Both the position numbers and the translations under genes were made by a program. A stretch of 64,000 nt of DNA from Candidatus Enterousia sp. Lineage in GTDB: Bacteria > Pseudomonadota > Alphaproteobacteria > Rs-D84. Numbering within the stretch: the stretch's first letter is position 1; every line of letters begins with the position of its first letter. Of the stretch, positions 35,983 to 45,812 are shown piece after piece. The notes beneath the pieces were generated by a model that was given only the letters and a program-made list of their open reading frames with translations, was not told where the DNA came from and searched no databases. The stretch covers positions 210 through 64,209 of the forward strand of contig JAZRJE010000011.1 of NCBI GenBank assembly GCA_045645645.1, given 5' to 3'.

Positions 35983-36661
35983 TTTTTAATAATTCCATCG
36001 CATTATTATAAATAGTTTCTGTAATATCTGCAAGCGAAGTCCCCAAAATTTCAGCCATATGTTGTACAACATTAATAACGTCTGATGGTGCATCAGAATC
36101 CGTTTCAGACAAGATTCGATTTACTGGAACACTGCGCAAAGCATTTATTGCACGCTGACGCAACGGATTACAAATTGCCTGACCGAACGAGAAATATGAC
36201 CGATACCTTAGTAATTGCTTAATCACCTCATTAGATGCATCAAAACCATGAAAAACAATCGCAGGCGGTGTGTATTTTGATAATGCTGTCAAAATATTAT
36301 CCCACCCGCCAACACAGTGAATATGAACAATACGCCCAAGTTGGTGCGCCATCTTCAACTGTGACACAAAACAATCAATCTGTTGTGGCATATCTGGTTT
36401 ATACTTATCTAAACCGATTTCCCCGATCATAAAATTGCTGTCGGTTAACAAAATATTGCGCATCTGGCTTAACCAATTTAATGGCAGGTCTGATACATAC
36501 CACGGATGAATACCAATTGCACCATAAACACCAGCTTGATGTGCAATACTGGATAGATTTATCCAATCTGATATTTTCGCAGAATTTGTAATAGCGATTG
36601 CTATATCTGATGGCAAGACTTTTAAATCCTTTAAATGACAGTGTGCATCAACGTATTTCAT
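35975..36661 (-). CDS. TatD-family metal-dependent hydrolase
   Basis: 'YVDAHCHL' N-terminus, 'IGEIGLD', 'VHIHCV', 'ETDSDAP'. Confidence 0.8.
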   Translation of the reverse strand: MKYVDAHCHLKDLKVLPSDIAIAITNSAKISDWINLSSIAHQAGVYGAIGIHPWYVSDLPLNWLSQMRNILLTDSNFMIGEIGLDKYKPDMPQQIDCFVSQLKMAHQLGRIVHIHCVGGWDNILTALSKYTPPAIVFHGFDASNEVIKQLLRYRSYFSFGQAICNPLRQRAINALRSVPVNRILSETDSDAPSDVINVVQHMAEILGTSLADITETIYNNAMELLKND

Positions 36662-36869
36662 GACTTTTTTCTTAAAAACACCCCTTAATAAACATATGTA
36701 ATTATTAACCAGACTTAAACACTAGATACTCTACTCGCTTTGTTTATTAGGATAAAACAATACGAAAAAAAAGCAATTGGTTTTAAAGTGGTCTACTGTA
36801 GCAAATTTTTATTGTAAAAAGACAAAATCCGTATAATATATATGCGTATATAAATTTAAGGATAAAAAA

Positions 36870-38231
36870 ATGCCAGCAAAAACAGTTAATGATATAGTTG
36901 CACTTTGCAAACGTCGTGGTTTTATTTTCACAGGATCTGAAATCTATGGTGGTTTAGGGGGTGCGTATGATTATGGTCCATATGGCGTTGAATTGATGAA
37001 AAATATTCGCAATGCATGGTGGAATGCAATGATTTATTCGCGCAATGATGTTGAAGGACTGGATGCTGCGCTGATTTCTAATCGTTTGTTGTGGAAATAT
37101 TCTGGACACGAAGCAGGTTTTTCCGATCCGCTGGTTGAATGCAAAAAGTGTGGCACACGTATGCGGCAAGATAAAATGAAGGATCAAACAAAGTGCGACA
37201 ATTGTGGTAGCACAGAAATTACTGAACCACGCGCATATCAACTGATGATGGGATTGTCAATTGGTGCAACCGCAGATGGTGCGATTAATGCATATTTGCG
37301 TCCAGAAACAGCAACAACAACGTATACAAACTTTAAAAATATTTTAGATGCAAAACCACACAAGTTACCGTTTGGTATAGCGCAAATTGGTAAAGCTTTT
37401 AGAAACGAGATTTCCCCACGTGGATTCGTTTTCCGTATGCGCGAATTTGAGCAAGCAGAATTACAATATTTCGTTCGCCCAGACCAAGATGAACAGTATC
37501 ATAAAATGTGGATGAACACACGTCTTGCTTGGTGGATAGATGAATTAGGAATACCAGCTGAAAAATTACGCTTTACGCCTCATGAAAAGCTGGCACACTA
37601 TGCTAAAGCTGCCGTAGATATTGAATATGAATTTCCAGATGGTTTTGACGAAGTTGAAGGTATTCATAATAGACAAGATTTTGATTTAGGCTCTCACACT
37701 AAATCACAAAATGAATTTGATATACATGCAAATGTTTTGGAAAATAAGGATAGCACCACAAAGCTGTCTTATTCAGATCCACAGACTGGCGAAAACTTTA
37801 TACCATATGTTATTGAAACTGCGATGGGGGTCAATCGCGCAATGCTGGCTGTGATGCTGGAAGCATATACAGAAGAAGACTTGGGTGATGGTAAATCACG
37901 CACTGTATTGAAGTTAAAGCCAAAATTATCACCTGTTAAGGCAGCTGTTATTCCATTGGCACGCAATGTTCCAGAATTGCTAGAAATCGCGACAAATATT
38001 GAAAACGACTTGCGCAAGCTGGCAATTGGTCGAATTGAACTGGAAAATTCTGGTAATATTGGTAAAAACTATCGCAGACATGATGAAATCGGTACACCTG
38101 TTTGTATTACTGTTGACCACCAAACAATGGAAGACAATACGGTTACGTTGCGTCATCGTGACAGTATGGAACAAGAACGCGTCGCAATTGCAGATGTGAC
38201 TAAACGCGTATTGGAAATTGTTAACGGATAA
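36870..38231 (+). CDS. glyQS: Glycine--tRNA ligase (alpha2 GlyQS type)
   Basis: 453 aa. 'CKRRGFIFTGSEIYGGLGGAYDYGPYGVELMKNI', 'FRNEISPRGFVFRMREFEQAE', and an anticodon-binding C-terminus. Confidence 0.9.
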   Translation: MPAKTVNDIVALCKRRGFIFTGSEIYGGLGGAYDYGPYGVELMKNIRNAWWNAMIYSRNDVEGLDAALISNRLLWKYSGHEAGFSDPLVECKKCGTRMRQDKMKDQTKCDNCGSTEITEPRAYQLMMGLSIGATADGAINAYLRPETATTTYTNFKNILDAKPHKLPFGIAQIGKAFRNEISPRGFVFRMREFEQAELQYFVRPDQDEQYHKMWMNTRLAWWIDELGIPAEKLRFTPHEKLAHYAKAAVDIEYEFPDGFDEVEGIHNRQDFDLGSHTKSQNEFDIHANVLENKDSTTKLSYSDPQTGENFIPYVIETAMGVNRAMLAVMLEAYTEEDLGDGKSRTVLKLKPKLSPVKAAVIPLARNVPELLEIATNIENDLRKLAIGRIELENSGNIGKNYRRHDEIGTPVCITVDHQTMEDNTVTLRHRDSMEQERVAIADVTKRVLEIVNG

Positions 38232-38256
38232 AAAAACCACCGTTTGGTGGTTTTTT
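38231..38256. terminator. Bidirectional intrinsic terminator between glyQS and the Imm/SHOCT gene
   Basis: A6, then aaccacc-gttt-ggtggtt, then T6. Confidence 0.65.
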
Positions 38257-38590
38257 ATTTTAATAGCTTGGATTTTATTTCTTCATATTCTGAACGTGTA
38301 ATTGACTTATTCTGATATAACTTGGCTACTTTTTCTAACTTGTCTATATTTGTATCACGCATTGCACATTCTCCGCGCCAAACCAACGATAAAATCATTG
38401 CAACAATCCAAGTAATCCCAAAAAATATCCCCATCCATGCCAAAATTGAAATGGTTGTCTTTTCACCCCCACATATACCACGCGCATTAGCAATCCATAT
38501 TGGAATACATAAAATACCAACCAAAATAAGCCCTGATATAAACATAATACCAAAAACAATTAAAAATTCTGCCATAAATCCCTCTTTCAT
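38255..38590 (-). CDS. Superinfection-immunity-like membrane protein with C-terminal SHOCT domain
   Basis: 2-3 TM segments ('IPIWIANARG', 'ILAWMGIFFGITWIVAMILSL'), then 'IDKLEKVAKLYQNKSITRSEYEEIKSKLL' as a SHOCT-like motif. Confidence 0.55.
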   Translation of the reverse strand: MKEGFMAEFLIVFGIMFISGLILVGILCIPIWIANARGICGGEKTTISILAWMGIFFGITWIVAMILSLVWRGECAMRDTNIDKLEKVAKLYQNKSITRSEYEEIKSKLLK

Positions 38591-38654
38591 TTTTGCATAT
38601 ATCTAAATTATACAGAACATATATAGATTAACCAATAGGACAGATTGCACACAA

Positions 38655-40874
38655 TTACATAAAATTAATAGGATTTACATCAATTTTAATACGAATATTT
38701 GCTGGTGTTTTAACAGAAGCCAACCATTTGGCTACAATTGGTTGCAAATTTGCATTGCGACCGCCAGAGACCAGAAAGCGCATTCGATACCAAGATCTAA
38801 CTTGATATATCTGTGCGGCGATTGGCCCCATTATCTTGCCGCCATTTAAAACGGGTGCTGCCGCAGATAAAGTCGCGCAAAATTGAGATAATACTGATTC
38901 ACGCTGACCTTCAACAATAACCGCTATCAGTTGACCATATGGAGGCATTTGCGCCAGTTTACGCCCAGCCATATCTGTATCCATAAAGCTGTCGCGATCA
39001 CCAGCACAAATCGCTGCTAAAACAGGATGGTCTGGCTGATATGTTTGCAATAATACCGTTCCTGGATATACACCACGACCAGCACGACCTGCCACTTGAA
39101 ACAATTGCTGAAATGTATGTTCACCAGCACGAAAATCCGTACCAAACAGCCCCATATCACTATCAACAACACCAACCAGTGTCAGATTTGGAAAATGGTG
39201 CCCTTTTGCTAGTATTTGTGTACCAATAACAATGTCTATATTGCCAGATTCCATTTGGGAAACAAGGCGCTCTAATGACTGTCGTGACAAAATCGTATCA
39301 CTAGATACCAACGCAGTACGAGCTGCTGGGAATTTTATATTAATTTCTTCTTGTATCTTTTCTAGCCCTGCCCCACGCATAGAAACATTCGTATTACAAG
39401 ACGGACACTGTTGCATAAGTGGCATAGTACGACCACACATATGACACAACAATTTTCCAATACGCTTGTGGTATGTCATACCAACACTGCAATCTGGACA
39501 TGTTGCTGTCCAACCACATTTCTTACATTGAATAATCGGTGCAAAACCACGTCGATTGATAAACAACATTGCCTGATGCCCAATATCTAGGGTACTGCGC
39601 AATGCGTCACATAAAGGACGTGATAAATATCCAGATTGCTCTGTATCATCAATAATATACGGTTCAGGACGATGTTCACGCAAATCTATGGTCTTTATTT
39701 CTGGTAACTGTGCACCACCAAATCGTGACGTCAGTCGCAGATGTTTATATTTACCCAACTTTACATTTTCCAACGTTTCTGCAGCAGGTGTAGCACTGGC
39801 CAGAACAACAGGAAAACCTTTGATATTTGCACATAAAATCGCCATGTCTCGTGCATGATAATTTCCCATATCTTCCTGTTTATATGAAGTATCATGTTCT
39901 TCGTCAATTACAATTAATGATAAATCCTGCCACGGCAGAAACAAGGCACTGCGTGTACCAACAATTATTCGAATTTTTCCATCCATGACACCACGCCATA
40001 TTTCACGACGACGAGCAGCTGTCAAATTACTGTGCCAAACAACAGGTGGTGCACCAAAACGTGACTCAAAACGTGATATAAATTGCGCAGTTAATGCAAT
40101 TTCAGGCATCATCAATAATACAGACCCACCACGAGAATACGCACGCCATGCTGCATCAAAATAAACCTGGGTCTTGCCACTGCCAGTTATACCGTCTAAT
40201 AAATGTACAGAATAAACACCCGCATCAATAGCCGCACCAATTTTATCAGCGGCAGATTGCTGTTCTGAATTCAATAAAACATTTCCAATATCATTGTATG
40301 TATAAATAAAATCATGGGACAACACTTCCCGTGTGGCAGACGGAATTAGCGTACCATTTTTTATCATTGTACGAATAACAGAACTGCTGACATGCGAAAT
40401 ATTCTGAATATCCGATATAGACATTGCATCATTATCATTTGATGCAAATGCATCTGACACTGCAATACGATTATCTGTCATGCGAGCTGTTGATTCATGA
40501 TTATACAGATATAATTCTTCGGTACGCGGCGGCAAAAAAGCATCTGTAACATTTACAATCAATCGCAACACAGCACCAGTTGGCATCAACGTCCAATCAG
40601 ACATACGCTGTATCCACTGCAGTGTTGTAATTGGGATAGATTTATCATATACCTGAGCAATGTTTTTAATCTTTGTTTCTGGTAACCCACTGTCACCATA
40701 CCCCCAAATAACACCAATATAAGACCGATTCATAACTGTCACACGAACAAACGTTCCAATATCAGCATGTGCGGTTAACCGATAATCATAACCAGTGTTT
40801 ACCGCATTCGGAATTAAAACTTTTACAATTGTGCCAGGTATAAACATAATGACAAAATACTTGTTTTTTTTCAT
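38655..40874 (-). CDS. priA: Primosomal protein N' (replication restart helicase PriA)
   Basis: 'LLDGITGSGKTQVY' (Walker A), 'VIDEEHD', Cys-rich zinc region 'CKKCGWTATCPDCSVGMTYH...CHMCG...CPSC'. The N-terminal start is uncertain. Confidence 0.9.
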   Translation of the reverse strand: MKKNKYFVIMFIPGTIVKVLIPNAVNTGYDYRLTAHADIGTFVRVTVMNRSYIGVIWGYGDSGLPETKIKNIAQVYDKSIPITTLQWIQRMSDWTLMPTGAVLRLIVNVTDAFLPPRTEELYLYNHESTARMTDNRIAVSDAFASNDNDAMSISDIQNISHVSSSVIRTMIKNGTLIPSATREVLSHDFIYTYNDIGNVLLNSEQQSAADKIGAAIDAGVYSVHLLDGITGSGKTQVYFDAAWRAYSRGGSVLLMMPEIALTAQFISRFESRFGAPPVVWHSNLTAARRREIWRGVMDGKIRIIVGTRSALFLPWQDLSLIVIDEEHDTSYKQEDMGNYHARDMAILCANIKGFPVVLASATPAAETLENVKLGKYKHLRLTSRFGGAQLPEIKTIDLREHRPEPYIIDDTEQSGYLSRPLCDALRSTLDIGHQAMLFINRRGFAPIIQCKKCGWTATCPDCSVGMTYHKRIGKLLCHMCGRTMPLMQQCPSCNTNVSMRGAGLEKIQEEINIKFPAARTALVSSDTILSRQSLERLVSQMESGNIDIVIGTQILAKGHHFPNLTLVGVVDSDMGLFGTDFRAGEHTFQQLFQVAGRAGRGVYPGTVLLQTYQPDHPVLAAICAGDRDSFMDTDMAGRKLAQMPPYGQLIAVIVEGQRESVLSQFCATLSAAAPVLNGGKIMGPIAAQIYQVRSWYRMRFLVSGGRNANLQPIVAKWLASVKTPANIRIKIDVNPINFM

Positions 40875-40912
40875 CTTTTCAATATCATTATTTTAAACAA
40901 TGGAGTGATTTT

Positions 40913-41656
40913 ATGTGGAAACCATTTTTTGAATTTTTATGGGCTGTATCTTATTTGATTCCTGGTCGTCGTATGCGTACATGGTTTAGACTTGAAAAAT
41001 GTTTTGACTATAAAAACAAATTAAAAGCAATTCGTAATAAATATCCTGAACTGGACTGGTCAAAAATGCGTTTGGCAAAAGGCGGTGGCAGTCTGGCATT
41101 TATCGTGGATGACAATGTGTTCAAAGTGCGCAAATTTCATGAAAAAGATAACAGCATTATAAAATTCGAACGTGAAAAACGAATTACAGATGCAATTGCC
41201 CCTGTGTTGCCAGTTGCCGTACCAAAGATTGAACTGATTCAAGCCGACAAATATTTATTTTATAAAACTAAATTTATTCCTGGACGTGTTTTGATTGATT
41301 TACCTTTAGAAAAAATATTGTTGCACAAAGATAAAATCGGCACACAAATTGGACAAATTATATACACATTGCACAACACAGACTTCAACGAACTGAAAGA
41401 TTTATGTAAAAATCCCCAGAAAACAGATGCACGTGGTTTAGTGCATGGTGATATGTGTAGCAATATTATTGTTAATCCAGAAACAATGGATGTTGTTGGC
41501 ATTATTGATTGGGAATATGCCGCGTACACATCCTTGCGACAAGAGTTTTTTGGTATATTCCGTGTTCGTCGAAAAATGCGCCAAACCGATATTGCACCTA
41601 TCGCCATGTGGGAATATTATAGATTGCGTGATGAAAATACAGAAAAACTTCAATAA
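40913..41656 (+). CDS. Aminoglycoside phosphotransferase (APH)/kinase-like family protein
   Basis: 'LVHGDMCSNIIVN' (HGDxxxxN catalytic loop) and 'GIIDWEYA' (DxD/IDWE motif). Confidence 0.65.
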   Translation: MWKPFFEFLWAVSYLIPGRRMRTWFRLEKCFDYKNKLKAIRNKYPELDWSKMRLAKGGGSLAFIVDDNVFKVRKFHEKDNSIIKFEREKRITDAIAPVLPVAVPKIELIQADKYLFYKTKFIPGRVLIDLPLEKILLHKDKIGTQIGQIIYTLHNTDFNELKDLCKNPQKTDARGLVHGDMCSNIIVNPETMDVVGIIDWEYAAYTSLRQEFFGIFRVRRKMRQTDIAPIAMWEYYRLRDENTEKLQ

Positions 41657-41728
41657 TATTCATTTTACTTGTTGACAAACGTCTTTTTTGTATATTATAA
41701 TATCTCTCGTTTAAAAGAGGGCACAATT

Positions 41729-42274
41729 ATGACACAAAAGAAAAACTGCGCAGCATTCCAAGAGTTCCTGGAATACAAAAACTATATTTTGGAAAAATTT
41801 TTAGAAAAATTTGGTAAATCGTATGACAATGTTAAAAACTTGCGCGATAGATGGTTTCATGAATACGAATATACTGCAGATCGCGAGAAGTTCTTGGTAC
41901 ATACATCAAAATTATATCTGCGTATTTTCCCAAAAACGCGTGATCTAAAATTCTTGAATGCTTTAACAAATCATATGGCCGATTATTTGTCAGAATATAC
42001 GATGCGTAGAAAAACGTACGAAACAAAAGAAGAAAGACGTGCCGCACGCAAAGCCGAAAAAGTCGCATTGAAACACGCATTATACACAGAAAACACCTAT
42101 ATTCAGACCTTGGTGTTTAATAAAACTAAGAAGGGCTTATACAACACTAAAAAAACAAATTCTGCTACAAAATATAATCATGCCAAAATTGAGCGCGCAA
42201 AACATGATCGAATAGTTCATAAACAAGTACAAGCAGAATTTATTGAAGTCAGTCAATACAAAAATAAAAGATAA
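41729..42274 (+). CDS. Basic hypothetical protein (paralog A)
   Basis: 181 aa from ATG 41729 (RBS aaagaggg), with a Lys/Arg-rich C-terminal half. Confidence 0.5.
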   Translation: MTQKKNCAAFQEFLEYKNYILEKFLEKFGKSYDNVKNLRDRWFHEYEYTADREKFLVHTSKLYLRIFPKTRDLKFLNALTNHMADYLSEYTMRRKTYETKEERRAARKAEKVALKHALYTENTYIQTLVFNKTKKGLYNTKKTNSATKYNHAKIERAKHDRIVHKQVQAEFIEVSQYKNKR

Positions 42275-42279
42275 ATACT

Positions 42280-42861
42280 ATGATAAATGATATTCAAAAC
42301 AAATCAGCAAAGCGCACACCTGCCCAACGTATGTTTTATCGTCAGTATTTACCATATATAAAACAAAAAACACTAGAACTGTTTCCACAGTCCTATATGA
42401 CGATTGACACATTAACAGACGAATGGCTAAAAAGCGCAAAGTGGGACACAAAGTTTGCCCAGGAAATTGTATTTCAATCTAAGACATTCTTTAAACAAAC
42501 GATACATCCAAACAGTGGGTACGCTTGGAATCCAGATTTTTTATCCCAAGTAATTGATCTGATTATACAATATTTGAAGCCATATTTCTTGAATGCACCA
42601 CACTATCATAATGCAGAAAAGCAGGTGCAGCAATACTTAGAAAATAAACTAAAAACAGAGAACGCTTTCTATAATCGTGCAATTGCAAGATACGAAAATA
42701 GCTTGATAAAAAAAGCGCGCAGGACACAAACAGAAACTGTTGAAAAATCCACATCGGTTACACAAAATAAAAAACGTGAACGTATTAAGGTTGAACGCAC
42801 ACTAGATAAATTTAATAACACAAAATATGCAATAAAAGTAGATATTCAGAAAATAAAATAA
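42280..42861 (+). CDS. Basic hypothetical protein (paralog B)
   Basis: 193 aa with weak collinear similarity to the preceding ORF (F..(F/Y)L.Y(K/I)......LE.F...Y and FL......I..YL..Y). Confidence 0.5.
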   Translation: MINDIQNKSAKRTPAQRMFYRQYLPYIKQKTLELFPQSYMTIDTLTDEWLKSAKWDTKFAQEIVFQSKTFFKQTIHPNSGYAWNPDFLSQVIDLIIQYLKPYFLNAPHYHNAEKQVQQYLENKLKTENAFYNRAIARYENSLIKKARRTQTETVEKSTSVTQNKKRERIKVERTLDKFNNTKYAIKVDIQKIK

Positions 42862-42889
42862 AAATCCCGCATATGCGGGATTTTTTTTT
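42861..42889. terminator. Bidirectional intrinsic terminator
   Basis: A4, then atcccgc-atat-gcgggat, then T9. Confidence 0.65.
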
Positions 42890-44594
42890 ACTCAGACACC
42901 TTTGGTATAAGAACCAAATCATTGTAATGTGTCAAGAAACGTTTTCCCGTTGCACAATATACCTTTTGCAAGGAATCTTTGTACTCACGAACAGCAGAAA
43001 CCCAACGTTGCTGGATATCATCCTGAGCCCCCTGGTATGCGGTAAAAGCCCCCATTGCACCACCAGCACCAGCACCAATCAAAGTCCCTTTTAGACGTGC
43101 TTTGTTCCCTAAATCAATCAGACCACCATCTTCGGCATCAACATACATCGGATAAAAGTTATCTAGGCTTATTACAGCATCCGCATTCAACACCACAGGC
43201 TGGCCGTCAGCACCACGTCCCATAATATTATTTTCGGCATTTGGATGCTCTTTTTGGAATCGGCCCCAGTCTTTCTTCTTCCAACCAAAAGCCCGGTCAG
43301 TAACCCCAACCACAACCGCAGGTGTTGTTGAATCAACAATTGTTCCACTGCAAATATTTATAAGCTTTTCACTGTCGCTTTCAGTCCATCGACCAGATGG
43401 TTTCAGCTCATTATTGGAACTCAACTCATAAAAAGTTTCTATGTTCGCATAGCCACTATTTGCAATTTTTTGCATGTTGTACAATTCACCATTAACGTCT
43501 TTATTTGTTTGTTCGGTTTCGTACCCACATGGGATTATATTTGCAACTTCTTTTTTGAAAACCTCACACTTTTCGGCTGTGCATTTGTACACATTTTCAC
43601 TTAAAGTATTGTAATAATATCCGTCAGCAGATGAAATATAACCACCAGACTTGATTACAGCACCCCACAGACATTTTTGATCCTTATCCTCGTATTTACA
43701 ATTTTCAATACGCATAACAGAATCACCAGATGCCGCCATGTTACCAATCAGACCACCCGCAGCTGCATTTACCCCCGCAGATAATATCATATCCCCAGCA
43801 ACCTTGCCAGCATAGACATTCCCAGCCATAATTGCCGCACCAGTCAGACCACCAATCGCTGTCGATGTTAATTTTTCTTTGTTCGTACCAAGCAACGAAT
43901 CTTGACCAACTGCATTTTCACCAACCACATTACCCGCCACTGCCGCAATCAAGGCTCCCGCAGCAATCTTCAAACCAGCATGTTGTTTTTGCTCTTGATT
44001 CATTACAGCAATTACATCTTCAACGGTGGGTTCCGCATCATTTGGAAATGTAACAGTACCAGCAGATGGAAGATATGAATATTCTGGCCAATCAGAAATA
44101 TTGCATCTAATTGAATCACCTGCTGCTAAATTAATACGCGCCAAAACTAAATCACTTCCATTTTCACCCATTTGGTATCCACGCATCTCAACAACAGACA
44201 CACACTGTGAACCACTGGCGCTTTTAGTCCCAGCCGTTGGCGTATCCCATGCAAAATCACCATTTGGATAAACTGCACCACAATTAACCAACTGTCCATA
44301 TGTGACAGATGTCGCATCACCACGCGCAATTTCAGATGCCAGTGTTTGATTTGCTACACGAATTGGCAATTCTACCATGGGATTCGAATTTTCTGTTTGA
44401 CCAACCACCCCCATATCATCACTGGTATCATCCATTACAACTGGCGCTGGATTACGTATCGCATTAACCTGTTCATACGATGCAGCATAACTGCGTGATT
44501 TATTACCAACACGTATTGCGGCATGCGCATCACCACATGTCACAAGCAAAGCTGCAAACAAAGAATAATGCAAAATATTTTTTTTGGATTTCAT
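42888..44594 (-). CDS. Secreted or surface protein with glycine-zipper-rich segments (hypothetical)
   Basis: 568 aa. Signal peptide 'LFAALLVTCGDAHA-A'. Gly/Ala-rich 'AGALIAAVAGNVVG...GGLTGAAIMAGNVYAGKVAG...AAAGGLIGNMAASG' and C-terminal 'GTLIGAGAGGAMGAF'. Confidence 0.55.
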   Translation of the reverse strand: MKSKKNILHYSLFAALLVTCGDAHAAIRVGNKSRSYAASYEQVNAIRNPAPVVMDDTSDDMGVVGQTENSNPMVELPIRVANQTLASEIARGDATSVTYGQLVNCGAVYPNGDFAWDTPTAGTKSASGSQCVSVVEMRGYQMGENGSDLVLARINLAAGDSIRCNISDWPEYSYLPSAGTVTFPNDAEPTVEDVIAVMNQEQKQHAGLKIAAGALIAAVAGNVVGENAVGQDSLLGTNKEKLTSTAIGGLTGAAIMAGNVYAGKVAGDMILSAGVNAAAGGLIGNMAASGDSVMRIENCKYEDKDQKCLWGAVIKSGGYISSADGYYYNTLSENVYKCTAEKCEVFKKEVANIIPCGYETEQTNKDVNGELYNMQKIANSGYANIETFYELSSNNELKPSGRWTESDSEKLINICSGTIVDSTTPAVVVGVTDRAFGWKKKDWGRFQKEHPNAENNIMGRGADGQPVVLNADAVISLDNFYPMYVDAEDGGLIDLGNKARLKGTLIGAGAGGAMGAFTAYQGAQDDIQQRWVSAVREYKDSLQKVYCATGKRFLTHYNDLVLIPKVSE

Positions 44595-44612
44595 TCTCTC
44601 TCTATCCGTATA

Positions 44613-45707
44613 TTAGAACTGAAGACGCATACGAACACCAACATCTACCATTCCCAGACGTCCACTTTCATACCAATTTGTATAGTGGAAAACACTGTCG
44701 TATGGTGCCTCATATTCGCCACCAGCACCGTCACCCAACCATTCAGTCTGAGACACAATGATTGATCCTGATGTTTTAACTTTGCCGAGATTGGCATAGC
44801 GCACAAAGAAATCCAACTTGATTCCACCGTCCATTTCTGTTGTTACACCGCCTTCTAACATGAACGCTAATTGTTCCGTTGTGCCGCCATTATGATATGC
44901 ATAAATATCAGATATACCCGTTAAATCACCAGCGCCAGCACCAATAGGATCCATTTCAGAATAGAATGTACTGTCATAAACAACATAGTCTGCCACAGTA
45001 TTCAAAGATATCCCGACACCAGCACCAATATATGGACGCAACGACCCACCAGCCAAATACCCAGTATAAGAATCAACATTATAATAAACGTTTAACATCG
45101 TAGTATTTGATGTAATAGCCCCACCATCAACTGTCGCATCAATCAGACCACCAGCACCATCAGACGTACGAACCATAGTCGGATATGCTAAACCAGAATA
45201 ACGCAGGTAAGAAAAGTCAACACGAACATCGTTATTAATAGCCGCGCCAACTGATAACTGTAACGGAATAATTGTATCCGAATGGTAGCCACCTTCTTCG
45301 AACGCACCAGGAACAAAGAATGCATTCTGTTCCCCAGTATAATCTGCAGACATCCCCCCTATCAACGAAGCTGTATACGCTACAGAAACACCGACATACA
45401 ACCCACTGTCTGCCAAACGCTCATAATCAGCGGGCTGATAATAGGAACGACCAGCAGTTGTCTGACTGGTTCCAACGTATGGCAACGCACCCGTTATTCG
45501 TGTCGGCTGTGCCGCAGCAACAGAACGATATTGGTTATACTGAGCCTGTTGTTGAGGCTGTGCAACCATACGACTGTTAGACGTTGGCATATACTGTCCC
45601 ATACCACCCGTCCCCATCCCTTGATAGACAGGATATGCCGCATGTAGCACAGCAGGCAACCCAAACAAAACACTGGCAAAAGTGGCAAAAACTCTTGATT
45701 TTTTCAT
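44613..45707 (-). CDS. Outer-membrane beta-barrel protein (porin/OMP-like)
   Basis: Signal peptide 'MKKSRVFATFASVLFGLPAVLHA', alternating beta-strand pattern and a C-terminal '...GVRMRLQF' terminal-Phe OMP signature. Start taken at ATG 45707. Confidence 0.6.
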   Translation of the reverse strand: MKKSRVFATFASVLFGLPAVLHAAYPVYQGMGTGGMGQYMPTSNSRMVAQPQQQAQYNQYRSVAAAQPTRITGALPYVGTSQTTAGRSYYQPADYERLADSGLYVGVSVAYTASLIGGMSADYTGEQNAFFVPGAFEEGGYHSDTIIPLQLSVGAAINNDVRVDFSYLRYSGLAYPTMVRTSDGAGGLIDATVDGGAITSNTTMLNVYYNVDSYTGYLAGGSLRPYIGAGVGISLNTVADYVVYDSTFYSEMDPIGAGAGDLTGISDIYAYHNGGTTEQLAFMLEGGVTTEMDGGIKLDFFVRYANLGKVKTSGSIIVSQTEWLGDGAGGEYEAPYDSVFHYTNWYESGRLGMVDVGVRMRLQF

Positions 45708-45784
45708 ACTTCCCCGAATTCCTTTTGTGAATATTATATCATATTTCAAAACATCACACAAGCATTCAGAAGCCATATATTAAC

Positions 45785-45810
45785 AAAAAAAAATCCCCAC
45801 AGGGGGGGAT
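45785..45810 (-). terminator. Intrinsic terminator after pgk
   Basis: atcccc ... ggggat stem. On the minus strand it is followed by T9. Confidence 0.6.
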
Positions 45811-45812
45811 TT

